DNA of 64,000 nucleotides from Perna viridis (Eukaryota): NCBI GenBank assembly GCA_037379345.1, contig CM074518.1, positions 45,535,586 to 45,599,585 of the forward strand, read 5' to 3'. Shown piece by piece: positions 35,190 to 46,700 of this stretch (position 1 is its first letter; each line of letters starts with the position of its first letter). The notes under the pieces were generated by a model. It saw only the letters and a program-made list of their open reading frames with translations, ran no database searches and was not told where the DNA came from. The position numbers and the translations under genes were made by a program.

Positions 35190-35345
35190 GACCCTCCACA
35201 CCCCTGATGCCTCACCCCAAAGCACTTTTCAGCATCCTGACTCGCTCGAGATCCATTTGCACCCGGAGCCCGAAATGTTGGGGGTTTATGCAGGATTTCT
35301 GCTTGAAAATAGCCGGTGGGGCAGAACTATCATTTTCTCACTACT
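35190..35345 (-). repeat. Polinton right terminal inverted repeat (156 bp)
   Basis: Ends ctcactact and is followed by the TSD cttctt. Confidence 0.95.
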
Positions 35346-35765
35346 CTTCTTACAAGTAGGCTTCTTGAACAGGGTTATGTTGCTTCAAAATTGAAGTCAT
35401 CACTACAGAAGTTTTATGGTTGTCATCATGAACTCGTGGAACGTTACGGTATATCCATCTGCACCATGAACACTGTTCAATGTGTCAGTTTTCCTCTCCT
35501 CCTTCGTCTACCCCGGATTTGACTTTTTATGAGCAACTCGACGGATGCTTCTAGAAAAGCAGAAGACGCTTACCCTACCGATGCACCTGGTCCATGCTCC
35601 CAGTGCAGTCCGAGTTGTTCATTTACTTTTGCTACAATGTATGTATAATTTTAGTTACTTTATGTACTTTGTTGTGTATGTCTATTTACCATGTCTGGTC
35701 TTTGTCCCCGGATTACATTCTTTTGGTTTCCGCTAGAACCTTAGTTCCCTTATCAATGATTACTA
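35346..35765 (+). mobile_element. 3' part of the split Penelope-like fragment (RT C-terminus plus 3' tail)
   Basis: LLTSRLLEQGYVASKLKSSLQKFYGCHHELVERYGISICTM, then the conserved tail gacgcttaccctaccgatgcacctggtccatgctccc. Confidence 0.8.
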
Positions 35766-36254
35766 TTTCAAATATTCAACACATATTTTTTTTTCATTTA
35801 AAAAATATGTTAACAATACTTATATGGTGTGTTACTGAGTACTTTTCATTTGGTTAGATGATAGAGGAAATATATAAACATACTCTTAAAACAAAAACAA
35901 AAAAAAGACTTTTTATTTATTATGAAGTTTTTGTTCAGCTGACTTTCAGATTCTCCAAAGCCTAGACGACTTCAATATTCTTCATAAACAGTCAGAAGAT
36001 GTTCATAAAACTGGTAAGCGCAATTTCTTATTTTATATTCAATGTGCAGTACACATTCTTTATTACTTTTTAACATTAGTTCAATTACGAAATAAGCACA
36101 TATCCTTCTCATAGAGATGGTCCATGATAGAAAAGATGCAAATCTTTGTAGTTTCATGCACTCAGCAAAGAATTTCAGTATGAATCGATCTTGATGTTAA
36201 TATTTTTTTTTCTTTTGTTTTTTTCTCATTTGTAATTTTTTGTTGTAATTTTAG

Positions 36255-39200
36255 GAATTTTGCTGCATCGACAAAAACGTTTTTGGGGATCATTAATCTG
36301 TAAGTACGAAGATTGTGTTACGAATGTTTACTAGCTCTGTTTACTAGCGTGACCTTTGAGAACTAATGAAAGTTGAAAATTACATGCGAGTGTTCAAAAG
36401 TACAACGAAAATAGTAGCATGTTACATTTTTTTTATAATTCAGGGAAATTCATTTTGCTTTTTAAAAGACGGGAAATAAAATGTTTTTACATTTTCGATA
36501 AATTAGTTTTTACGTTGACCTGTAAGTAGTGTCCATTCTTAAATAAATACGTCTTCGTAAGGTGAAGTGTATGGCAAGCCGAAGTGGAAAAAATGAGCAT
36601 TTTCTAATATTAAAAAAATGATTTTTTAATATTACAAATTGGATTTCTTATATCACAAAACACTTTTTTAATATTAAAAAAAAATATTTTTTAATAATGG
36701 CGATAGAAAATAGAAATTCATTTTGTAAAATTAAAAAATGTGACTGATTTTCTAATATTACAAATTCATTTTCTATTGACTAAACTATTGACCAAACTTT
36801 ACGACAAACGTGATGACTTTTCATTCAAAATTGTCAACTTTCCTTTCATCTGTGGCAACATCCCTTATGGAGTATGGAATGTTCATATCACACCTCATAC
36901 GTTATGCCAGAGCTTACCGAAACTACGCAGACTTTTTGTATCGCTACAACTCTAACAAATAGGCTTCTGGAACAGAGTTATGTTGCTACAAGATTGAAGT
37001 CATCACTACAGAAGTTTTATTGTCGTCATCATGTCGTGGATCGTTATAGTGTATCCATCTGCACCATGAAATCTGATTTATTCAAAGGGTCATAGTTTTC
37101 CTTTCCTCGTATGTCTACCCCGGACTTGACTTTTTATGAGCAACTCGGCGGGTACATGTATTTCTAGAAAAGCAGAGGACGCTTACCCTACCGGTGCACC
37201 TGGTCCATGCTCCCGTTTTTAGTGGAGTCCGAGTTGCTCATTTGCTTTTGTTACTTTGTCTGTATGATTTTAGTTACTTTGTGTTCTTTGTTGTATATGT
37301 CTGTTTTCCATGTCTGGTCTTTGTCCATGGATTGCATTCTTTTGATTACCGCTATAACCTTGGTTCCCTTGATCACTCTAATATTACAAATTCAATTTGT
37401 AATATTACAAAATGTGTGATATTTTATAATATTACTAAATCAGGAATTTGTATTATTAGAATTTATAATATTACGAATTTAATTTGTAATATTAAAAAAT
37501 CTTTTCTAATATTAAAAAAATGATTTTGTAATATTAGAAATTCATTTTCTAATATTACAAAATATTGATTTTCGTCCACTTTGGCTTGCCATAGAAGCGT
37601 GTTGAGTAAACGACGTTGAACGCATATTCTGTGGTATTATGGTAAATCACGTTAAGTCAGAGTAATCATTTTTTTTAAAGTTTAATATAGGATTAAACAC
37701 TGTTATTCCAGACTTTATCGATGTGTAAAATCGGACCATTTACTAACAAGAAAATGAAAGTCCGAAGGACTTTAATGTCAGGTATGGGAGTGAATTTATA
37801 ATTACAATCCCTAACTATCTGAAATATATATATATAAATAAATATATATATATAAATATAAATTGACAGTGCAAATGGCTACATTCAACCGACACCGTGA
37901 CATGGTTGTCAATTTTAATATATAAAGTATTTACGGGCCACTGATACCCCTATTCTTTCAAAAATGTTGCTTTAAATGTACAACGGCGAAAATGAATACA
38001 ATGAAACAGATAATTATGGCAAGCCAAAGAGGACAAAAATCAATATTTTGTATTATTAGAAAATGAATTTGTAATGTTACAAAATCATTTTGTAATATTA
38101 GAAAAGATTTTTTTAATATTAGAAGTTCATTTTGTAATATTAAAAATTCATTTTGTAATATTAAAAATTCATTTTGTAATATTAAAAATTCATTTTGTAA
38201 TTTTAAAACTTCATAGGATGGACTCAAAACCCTGACTTGGGAGGATGTGTAATATTAGAAAATGAATTTGTAATAATAGAAAATAAGTGTTTTCTAATAT
38301 TAAAAAATGATTTTTTTTTAATATTACAAATTTACAATTTTCTAATATAACAAATTCATTTTCTAATATTACACATCCTTCCAAGTCAGGGTTTTGAGTC
38401 CACCCTCGCTCCCTCAAACCCCTGGCATCACTCATTCATATTTAGCGGGTACGTCCAGCCGATATCCGATTCCGATTGGTTGCTTCTGTGGGTGCGAAGC
38501 ACCAATGAAAACCGATTTAATATAAAATGTCCGCTAAATACGAATGAATGATGTCAGGGGTTTGAGGGAACGAGGGTGGACTCAAAACCCTGACTTGGGA
38601 GGATGGCTTGCCGTAGATAATACCGTTTGTCGAAGCGCGATGGTAGCTATGTTGTTTTCGATATGTAAGTGGAATTTAAATTGTTGTAAAACTGTCCTTG
38701 CTGAGTTCTTAAAAGGTGGACAACCAATCATAATTCACGAAAAAGACATATGCTAATTAGATTGGAATTATAGTTGTTTTTAGATGAAACCTTGGGTAAT
38801 AACAAAATCATCGAACTTATAAAAAACGAAAAATTGTTAAGGTGAATATTTAACGATTACAAAGATATACTAGGACAAAATTAGGCCAATCTGCCTAATT
38901 CATGTCATATATAAATCCAAACTTACGCTTAGAAAGTTTTAATCACTTTTTGGAAAAATTTCGCTTTGGAGTACCATATCAAACAGAATAGCTTGCTAAA
39001 AATATTCAAATTACGCGTTGTTGGACTAAATGATTATGATTATGAATAGATTCATTAAGGCCATTTTAGGCCTAGTAACATAAAATGTCTTCAGAAATTG
39101 TGATATATACATGTACCTCTGCGAACGAAAAAAAACCGCATTTTGTACTTTGAAGATCTTGTACTACACCTCCATAGTGACAGAAAAGCATATTTTGCGA

Positions 39201-42200
39201 ATTTCTATAAATATTGATTGTTCCAACAATTTGCACATTGAAAATTACAAACCCAAATTCCAGTAGTTCATGGTAATAATATCGTTTTGTGACTACAAGA
39301 CTTAAATGGACAATTTTTTAACATTCTTGATAAAATTCCGAAACCTTAATTGGCCATTATCAGCTTCAATGGGCCTAGGGCCCTCGATCCCTGACTGCCC
39401 AATCCCTGAATAAATATGATTAGAGGATACCAAATACAAGACATTTTACCTAAAATAAGTCCATTTAAGTACCTGGATTGACTTGACCAATCAAAATATT
39501 TGTGAAGTTTAGGGTAATCAATTACTAATATTATTTTATGATGTTATTACATTTGTCTGCAAATAGCTGTGATCGTTTGCGTTATTTGTATGTCACAAAC
39601 GTAAATATGTTTAATGGCAATAAAGATTTGGCTTGATTTGTTGAAGACATTTAAACAACCACATTCCTCTAAATACTTTTTACTGTATTATTTAATACTC
39701 TTGTCTTTTATTAAATGACTTACAAACTAGCATTGGTTGTATTTTGGCGGAGTAGACAATTTTCCCATATTAATTACTTGTTTTCTTTATCTTCAGTTTT
39801 TACATATAATCTATTTCATTCGATCTGCAATATTATGTATGAAGTTGACCTTTTTTTTTTTCGAGGCCATGTTTTTGGATTTTATCCCACCGCTAACTCT
39901 TTGGTATGTTGACCTATATTTATAATTTTGTAGACTGCAGCCATTACTTTCTATAGCAATCAATTTGAAAACAAGACCGTCATCTAGTGTGTGATTTTTT
40001 TTTTCAGTTAAAGGTTTGTCCATTGCGTCACAGGTCACTAGCCTCGGTTTGTCACTTGCAACTGCAATTAAAGGTTTGTAAGTTTTACCCTTTTCTTTGA
40101 ACTTATACCCACTTTTATAATTGAAGGAAAAATATCTGGAAATAGTGTTCGTACAAAGTATAATAGCAAGTGCTTATAAACGTAAAGATTTGAAAAAAGT
40201 ACGAAATTTTGTTTCAAACAGAAGTTAAATGTCTCGAAAAAGATTTCATGCCTGATTATAGTAAGAAAAATTCGGACTTATTTAGAATAATATGCTTTTC
40301 ATTTTCCAACTCTAACATCGTATTTTCATTTTCCAACTCTAACATCGTATTTTCATTTTCCAACTCTAACATCGTATTTTCACTTTGATTATTGTACAAA
40401 GAAAGTTGTTCTTGTTTTTTTCATTGTCATATTTTGTCATACTCTTCGACCGTTCCTACTCTGTTCCTGGTAACGTAGAACTGTTTCCTGTACTTATTTC
40501 GGTGGTGACCATGTCAAATATTTCTACAAAAATTTCTTAATCAGACTTGACATGCATATTATTTTTCAGGAGGATGTGTGTATTATCCAAGCATTTGCAG
40601 TGATAATAAAGCAATAGAACGCCTAAACAGCGGGATAAAAACCATGGAAAGCAAATTAGAAAAAGAATATAATAGTGCCAGGAAAAATTACCTTAATTTG
40701 AAAATAGCCTCTACAAATAACGGATATATAGAGTATTTCATAAACCAAACAATGCAGGCGGTTGAGTCAATAGAAGATGTAGAAGAAAGGATTTCACTTA
40801 TTCTGGAAAGTGAATTACCCAAATTATCACAGATGTCCGCGGGTAAAGCCAATGAAACATTTCAACAATATCTTGAACGAACTGTTGGCAAACTTGACTA
40901 CCAACTTTCTGACATTAAGAAAATGTTGCAAAAAAGAAAGAGAAATGCACTCCTGGGTCTGGTGATCGAAGTCATGATTCGTCCAGCCATAAAGATATTT
41001 ATGAAAACTATTAAAAATATAAAACAAGCATTTTCCGCGGCATTCAAACAAGTTTCAACTTTCGATGATTCTTTGTTTAAGGAACCGGTAGATTTGCCAG
41101 ATCGCTTTAGTGTCTCACAAACGTTAAAACGAACACAAGTTAAAAATGTTTTTAAAAAATTGAAATATGCTCCTAAAGTCATCAAGCAGCTATTCAAAAA
41201 TTCTTTCAAAGGTATTCGCAACAAATTCAATGATCTAAAAACAAATATCAAAGGCCTTAACAGCGTAAAATCTTTTAAAGAAAAAATGAAAAATTTTTTC
41301 AAATCAAAAATTGGTAAAATTGTACAAAGTGTGAAAAGCCGTTTCACTTCTACAAGAGATAAAATATTTAAGAAAACTTACAAACTCAGGTGGACGCAGA
41401 AATTTTACCTTGCAATTGGCATTATAGGTAACGGCATAGCGACAGGCATTCAAGTAAAACAATGGGAAAAAGTTTCTCGTGATCTTAGAAAAGCGCGAGA
41501 AGACTATGAAAAATACCAATCAAAATTAAAAAATGAAATTGAAATAGTCGAAAAAGAACTTAAAACAATGGAAAATACATGGAACGGAGTTATAGAGGTT
41601 TTCAAAGCCATAACCATACCATTCAAAGAGATGGTGGAGAACACCACAAAGTATGAAAATTTTTCTGATGTTATTGGACTTCCTAAACTTCAAGTTGATA
41701 AATCTTATCCTATTTTTTCAATTAATTTTGACTCTGTATCAAAGGAATCTGTATTATCTCAACAAAATGATGTTATTCAGTTCATGAAAAATTCGAAAAA
41801 GAACATTACTGAAATACGGAACGAATTGATGACAAAGGAAGTAATGTACACCAATGCCTTTAATATGTCAAAGGAAGGGAAGACAATAAGTGATATGTAT
41901 GACGATATAAAAAGCATGCTAAGGTCCGGCGAGTCTGAGACGAGAAGAGCCATAGGAAATGCTTTAACACCATCAGATGTAGTTTGTGCAGTAGCAATTT
42001 TAAGGTATGACCTTGAAGAGTACGATTTTTTCCCCATTGATGCCTTCAGGCCAAGGTGTGACGTAAATAGGACCACTTTTGAACTCTGGAAACGAAAAGC
42101 ATTTGATAAACGAAAATTTAAACTTATGCGAAAAGTCATAACTGAATATGTTAGCGGAAAGAAAAAAGAGTCTGTATCAGCTTTACTTGATGCCGTACAT

Positions 42201-42605
42201 AATGCTTATTATGGGATTCAGAACAACCAAATTGCAACAATTGGCAAAGATATCACTGAACAAGATGTCATTTGTTCAGTAGCGGAACAATTCATTAAAA
42301 AGTTTGCATACGATTTTATCAAGTTAGACCTTATTCGCCCCGCTTGCTTGATTGTCGACTCCAGACAAATCCAGAAGTTATTAAACGAAGCAGAAAAGTT
42401 AAGAGCTGTTGCTTTAACTGTGAAAAGTGCTTTAGAAACATGCCGTGATTCAAAATTTTGTCCATGTTTGTCAACGATTGCCAAAACTAAACATGCTACC
42501 GAAGCGGACATTGAATATGCTTTGAAACAAATTGACGCCTCATGGCAACCGAATGTTGATGCCCTGTTTTGTGGGTCTTCAGGATGTAACTGTTTTCATG
42601 TTTGA
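36255..42605 (+). CDS. Uncharacterised, probably secreted coiled-coil proprotein; exons 36255-36299, 40008-40073 and 40570-42605 (5' exon further upstream)
   Basis: All GT-AG junctions are phase 1 and join into one frame: ILLHRQKRFWGSLIF-KGLSIASQVTSLGLSLATAIKG-GCVYYPSIC. The last exon is an uninterrupted 2-kb ORF. Confidence 0.75.
36569..37593. mobile_element. Foldback/MITE with TATGGCAAGCC termini and ~21-bp AT-rich internal repeats, containing a Penelope-like fragment (36780-37378)
   Basis: tatggcaagccgaagtgga ... tccactttggcttgccata. The insert encodes LTKLYDKRDDFSFKIVNFPFICGNIP. Confidence 0.7.
38016..38615. mobile_element. Second copy of the TATGGCAAGCC MITE with a nested palindromic MITE (38374-38605)
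   Basis: tatggcaagcc ... ggcttgccgta. Inner ~75-bp inverted arms at 38374-38448 / 38531-38605. Further arm copies at 38215-38248 and 46472-46550. Confidence 0.65.
40297..40382. repeat. 27-bp tandem repeat x3
   Basis: ttttcattttccaactctaacatcgta. Confidence 0.85.
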
Positions 42606-43481
42606 TTTGACATTTTATTCCAGATTGAACTGACTTTTATTTTCTACTTCTTTTTTGTGTTTGTGTTTTGTGTGGCATTTTGATTATTTCTTTTGAGTGT
42701 TTATGTACTGCATTTTCGTGCTTTCTGTTTTTCTTTTTTTTAAATAATTAGTCAGCGCAAACATCTTTTTTAGCTTTTTTTACTGTACACTCTGAATAAG
42801 ACCATACTAATATACACAATAACAAAGAAGTCATTATAAAGGGAACTCTACTGAATTGAACACGGATGTTTAAACTTCCGGCTTACTAAACAAGAACAAA
42901 GTATTCTTTAAGGACGAATAAACCTGTTACACAAGCTTGGCCATTGCACTTAACATGTTTCCAATTTCCAGATAGGCGTTATTAAACAAAATAGCAATTG
43001 TTTACACCTAATAGTCCATGTATAAAATACAAGTCCTCTGTCCGCTTTTAGCTACTAAAATGTCTACTCTACCATTTGGGTGTTTGCCATTGCACATGCG
43101 CATTAATGCAAAATCAAATCAGCTATAAAGTCAGTCTCACTAGAGTGAAAGGATAGGTCAGTGAGAAGAGGAGCACAATTTTTTTCCTATGGGAATGCCA
43201 GCCGTCTGATGAAAATCGTGTCCACCCTCACACCTACACCTGGAGAAATATGTTGTCAGTAAAAATTTCAGCATTTTGAAAACACCTTATTCAGTATATG
43301 TAAATGAGGATTTAGAATCGTTTTTACAAGGTATTAGGAACCTCTACCAAATACTACAAAGTATAAGGGACCTATATCAAGAATTACGTATCTGTGTCTA
43401 GGAACATTCTAGATGTCATGTCTCTGCTCAATAACAACAATGTTTTGAGTCGGATTTAAATGAGTTTTAGTGTAAACAAGG

Positions 43482-43765
43482 GAACCAAATTTCTACCAGA
43501 AATCAAACAAATGTAATCCGGGGACTAAGACCAGGCAGGGAAAACAGACACACACAACAATGAACATAAAATAACCAAAATAATACATACAAACCAACAA
43601 ACAGAATTAAATGAGCAACTCGGAGCATGGGCCATGTGCACCGGTAGGGTAAGCGTCCTCTGCTTTCTAGAAACACCCATCGAGTTGCTCATAAAAAGCC
43701 AAGTCCGGGGTATACAAAACGGGAAAGGAAAACTGACACGTTGAGCAAATCGGTTCTTTTGGTGC
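43482..43765 (-). mobile_element. 3' tail of the Penelope-like family, reverse orientation
   Basis: Reverse complement of the tail seen at 35480-35765. Confidence 0.7.
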
Positions 43766-46700
43766 AAATTGATATACTGTAAATAAGGATTGAATGAACA
43801 TGTTGATTAAAATGATTATAAACTGTCGGGAATTTGTTGGTATTAGTTCCCGAACGATGACCGCACATTCGCTTGTATAATCGTTCTTGTGTTTCACCGA
43901 CATATACTACACTGCATAAGTTGCATTCTAATCCTTAGATTAAGTTCGTCGATTTGCAACTTAAATTATCATTATTTCTTGAGTGAAAGGTTACTAGTGA
44001 AGGATGAGTGGGTTATTAGAAATGTTTTGCATAAAGCTTCCGGACAATGACAAAGAAGCTTGCGATAAATTCTGACTTTATCGGCCCGTTGTAGATTTTT
44101 ATAAGAAAAGCATTGGCGTGTTAAGATTTATCGACGGTTAAATTTTCCCGTTATTTATAGTACGTATATGATGAAGGTATTTATTAGTTAACCTTGCGGT
44201 TTACAGACAAATTGGTATAATGTAGGGCAAATTTCTACCTAGAGAGCTATTTAAATTACTCACTAGCCTACCTAAATTTGTATTGAAATTGGAACTGGTC
44301 TATTTCAACTAGCTGTAATGGGGAAATTCAATTATGAATGTTACAAATGAACTTGCATTTAGGTTACAGACCACCAATTCAACCAATGAGCATTTGGAAC
44401 GTACGCAAAAATAGTCCTACGCAGAAATTACCCCTGTTCCTCATAGTGCTGTGAAAAAAGTTCTCATCTTATTTAAAAAATTTAAACAGTTTCTGAAAGT
44501 AAAAACATTTCTGTACATTTTATAGGTGCATTTTGCTTCTTGTGATGTGAAGCCTAATCTCCATAATGATTTTTAAATATACCGCTATCTTGTGAAAACA
44601 CTGGGATTTCCCATGCTATTTATAGACCCTTCACTTCCGGTGACCAGTACTGCACTGCAAGTCTGCTAACCCCACATGCCATTCTGAGGATTGTGAGCTG
44701 ACATATGTAGAATCATGCTGATATATAGTCCTCTGCAGGTTATAGTTAAGGTAAAGTCCAGCGAAGCCATTGAATATTGTGAAATTAGCATAGAAGCCTA
44801 TGGGAAGTGGAATTAGTGGGTTTTTAGCCTTAAAACTTTTTTCGGCTTATTGGTACAATACACTAACAGATGTAAATAAATTGGGTCCCATCGAAAAAGT
44901 TCCTCAACGAGATTTAGTCTTATACATGCAATTAAGCACATAAACCCCGACGGTATTTTTTATAGAATTGAAATGCAACACACATTTCAATGAGTAACCA
45001 GTCAATAGCAACATTACAACCAAATGGTTAAGATGATTCAAAATTGAATAAAAAAGTATTCAAAAACCAAATATCGGCATACATTGTAGGAAGCCTGATT
45101 CAGCACACTTAAGTTCTACCAGGTTTGTCAAAGGAAGTACTTTATTGCAGCCATATGTTAAAATGCAATGAATGAAGCATCAATGTTTTAGGGATTTTCA
45201 ATTTTATGCCTGTGCAATTTTCGGTAAGTAATCTATTATATATAGTTGGGTCAGACAAGTCTGACTCCAGGGTAAGTGAATAGCCTTGGTAACCTATGGT
45301 CCACCAGAAAATTTGTGACAGAAGATTTTAATAATATGAGACCACGGTACGCACGAGCATTTTCTACGAATAAAACTAAACTAGTCTAAATTATATTGCT
45401 TACTGAATATTTCATACATAAATAAAATTCTTCCAGTTGATGTATGTCATGTACAAAACGGACAAATTTGACCAACTACATGGACTATCAATTGTTTAAT
45501 TAGGTTTTATTCATAGTATTCAAACGTTATAATACGAGAAGCCCTCGTAAAGATAAATTAGTCCCATTTTAATTTTTAAAAAAATGAATAAAACCTGCGA
45601 CGTTTGTCGAATTGATGACATTCCAAATTTAATGAAGACATTTTAAGGAATTGAATAATGTATGATATAGACATATTTATAACGATTAAATTTTCTAAAA
45701 GGTGGTCTTAGTCGTCGGGCTATTTAAAATGGTTGAGTGTAAAAGGTCAGTAAATGATAAGTGGGAAACAGGACAAAGTTCCTATTTTGAGGTACCTGCA
45801 TGTTCAAACCATAACTAATAAACAAATCACATACTAAGTAGTTTTCAAGTGCACTTTTGTTTTGGTTCTGTATTATTTTGTTCTAAATGCCTATTTGATA
45901 ATACCAATTTTCGATAAATAGATAAATCTTCTACATCCTTTTTTATATGTAGAAAAATTAATATTTAATTGAGAAACATTAAAACTAAATTTAAATTGGA
46001 TGGAAGTAAAGATGTAATAAAACCTATATAAATCAATCAATCAACAAATAAATATTAGTACTTGAGCAATATGTTCATTAAAACCAAAAAGAAAAGCTTA
46101 AATCACATGTACATATTTTAAAAAAATTGATATACAAATTTATACAATAACAAAAAAAACTTTACTTAGATAAATGTTAGAAAAAAAAACTTGGAAAGGC
46201 AATACGAGGGCGGGAAAATATTAAGTCTAAAAACAGGGTAGTTCTGGTGTACTCTTGAAGAAACATTGCATAGTTGAGAAGGTAAATTGTTGCAGAGGAT
46301 GGCTGGAATCGTGATATAGAAAGTGTTTTTTTTAATAAGCCTTGATGTATGGAGGTTCAAGTAATTCATACGTGTATTTTTGTATATTGTCATAAAAACC
46401 CGAAGCCGTGGTAACCTACTGAAAAAAATATAAATGAGTTTCAATACTAAACAGGGATGCCTTTCCATAATATCTTCCCAAGTCAGTGTTTTGAGTCCAC
46501 CCTCGCTCCTTCAAACCCCTGACATCACTCATTCGTATTTAGCGGGTATCGTCCAGCCAATTCTGTGTGACATCGACCTCTAACTATGATATATATATAT
46601 ATCATGTTGTATATTTCGCCAACGGGTTTTGAGAACAAACAGTAGGTGGAGTTCCACAATAAAATATCTATTAAGTAACTATTGCATTACATCAGTAGAA

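Larger units (their letters stand above)
20589..35345 (+). mobile_element. Maverick/Polinton (endogenous polintovirus/adintovirus-like), full-length, decayed, 14,757 bp
   Basis: 5'-AGTAGT...ACTACT-3' termini, 156-bp TIRs, 6-bp TSD CTTCTT (20583-20588 / 35346-35351). Carries pPolB, INT, PRO, ATPase, MCP and mCP genes. Sharp GC increase relative to the flanks. Confidence 0.97.

Noticed and set aside
20589-35345. Bacterial or phage contamination suggested by the GC shift
   Set aside because: TIRs, TSD, in-frame joining of the flanks and a host-type transposon insertion show true chromosomal integration
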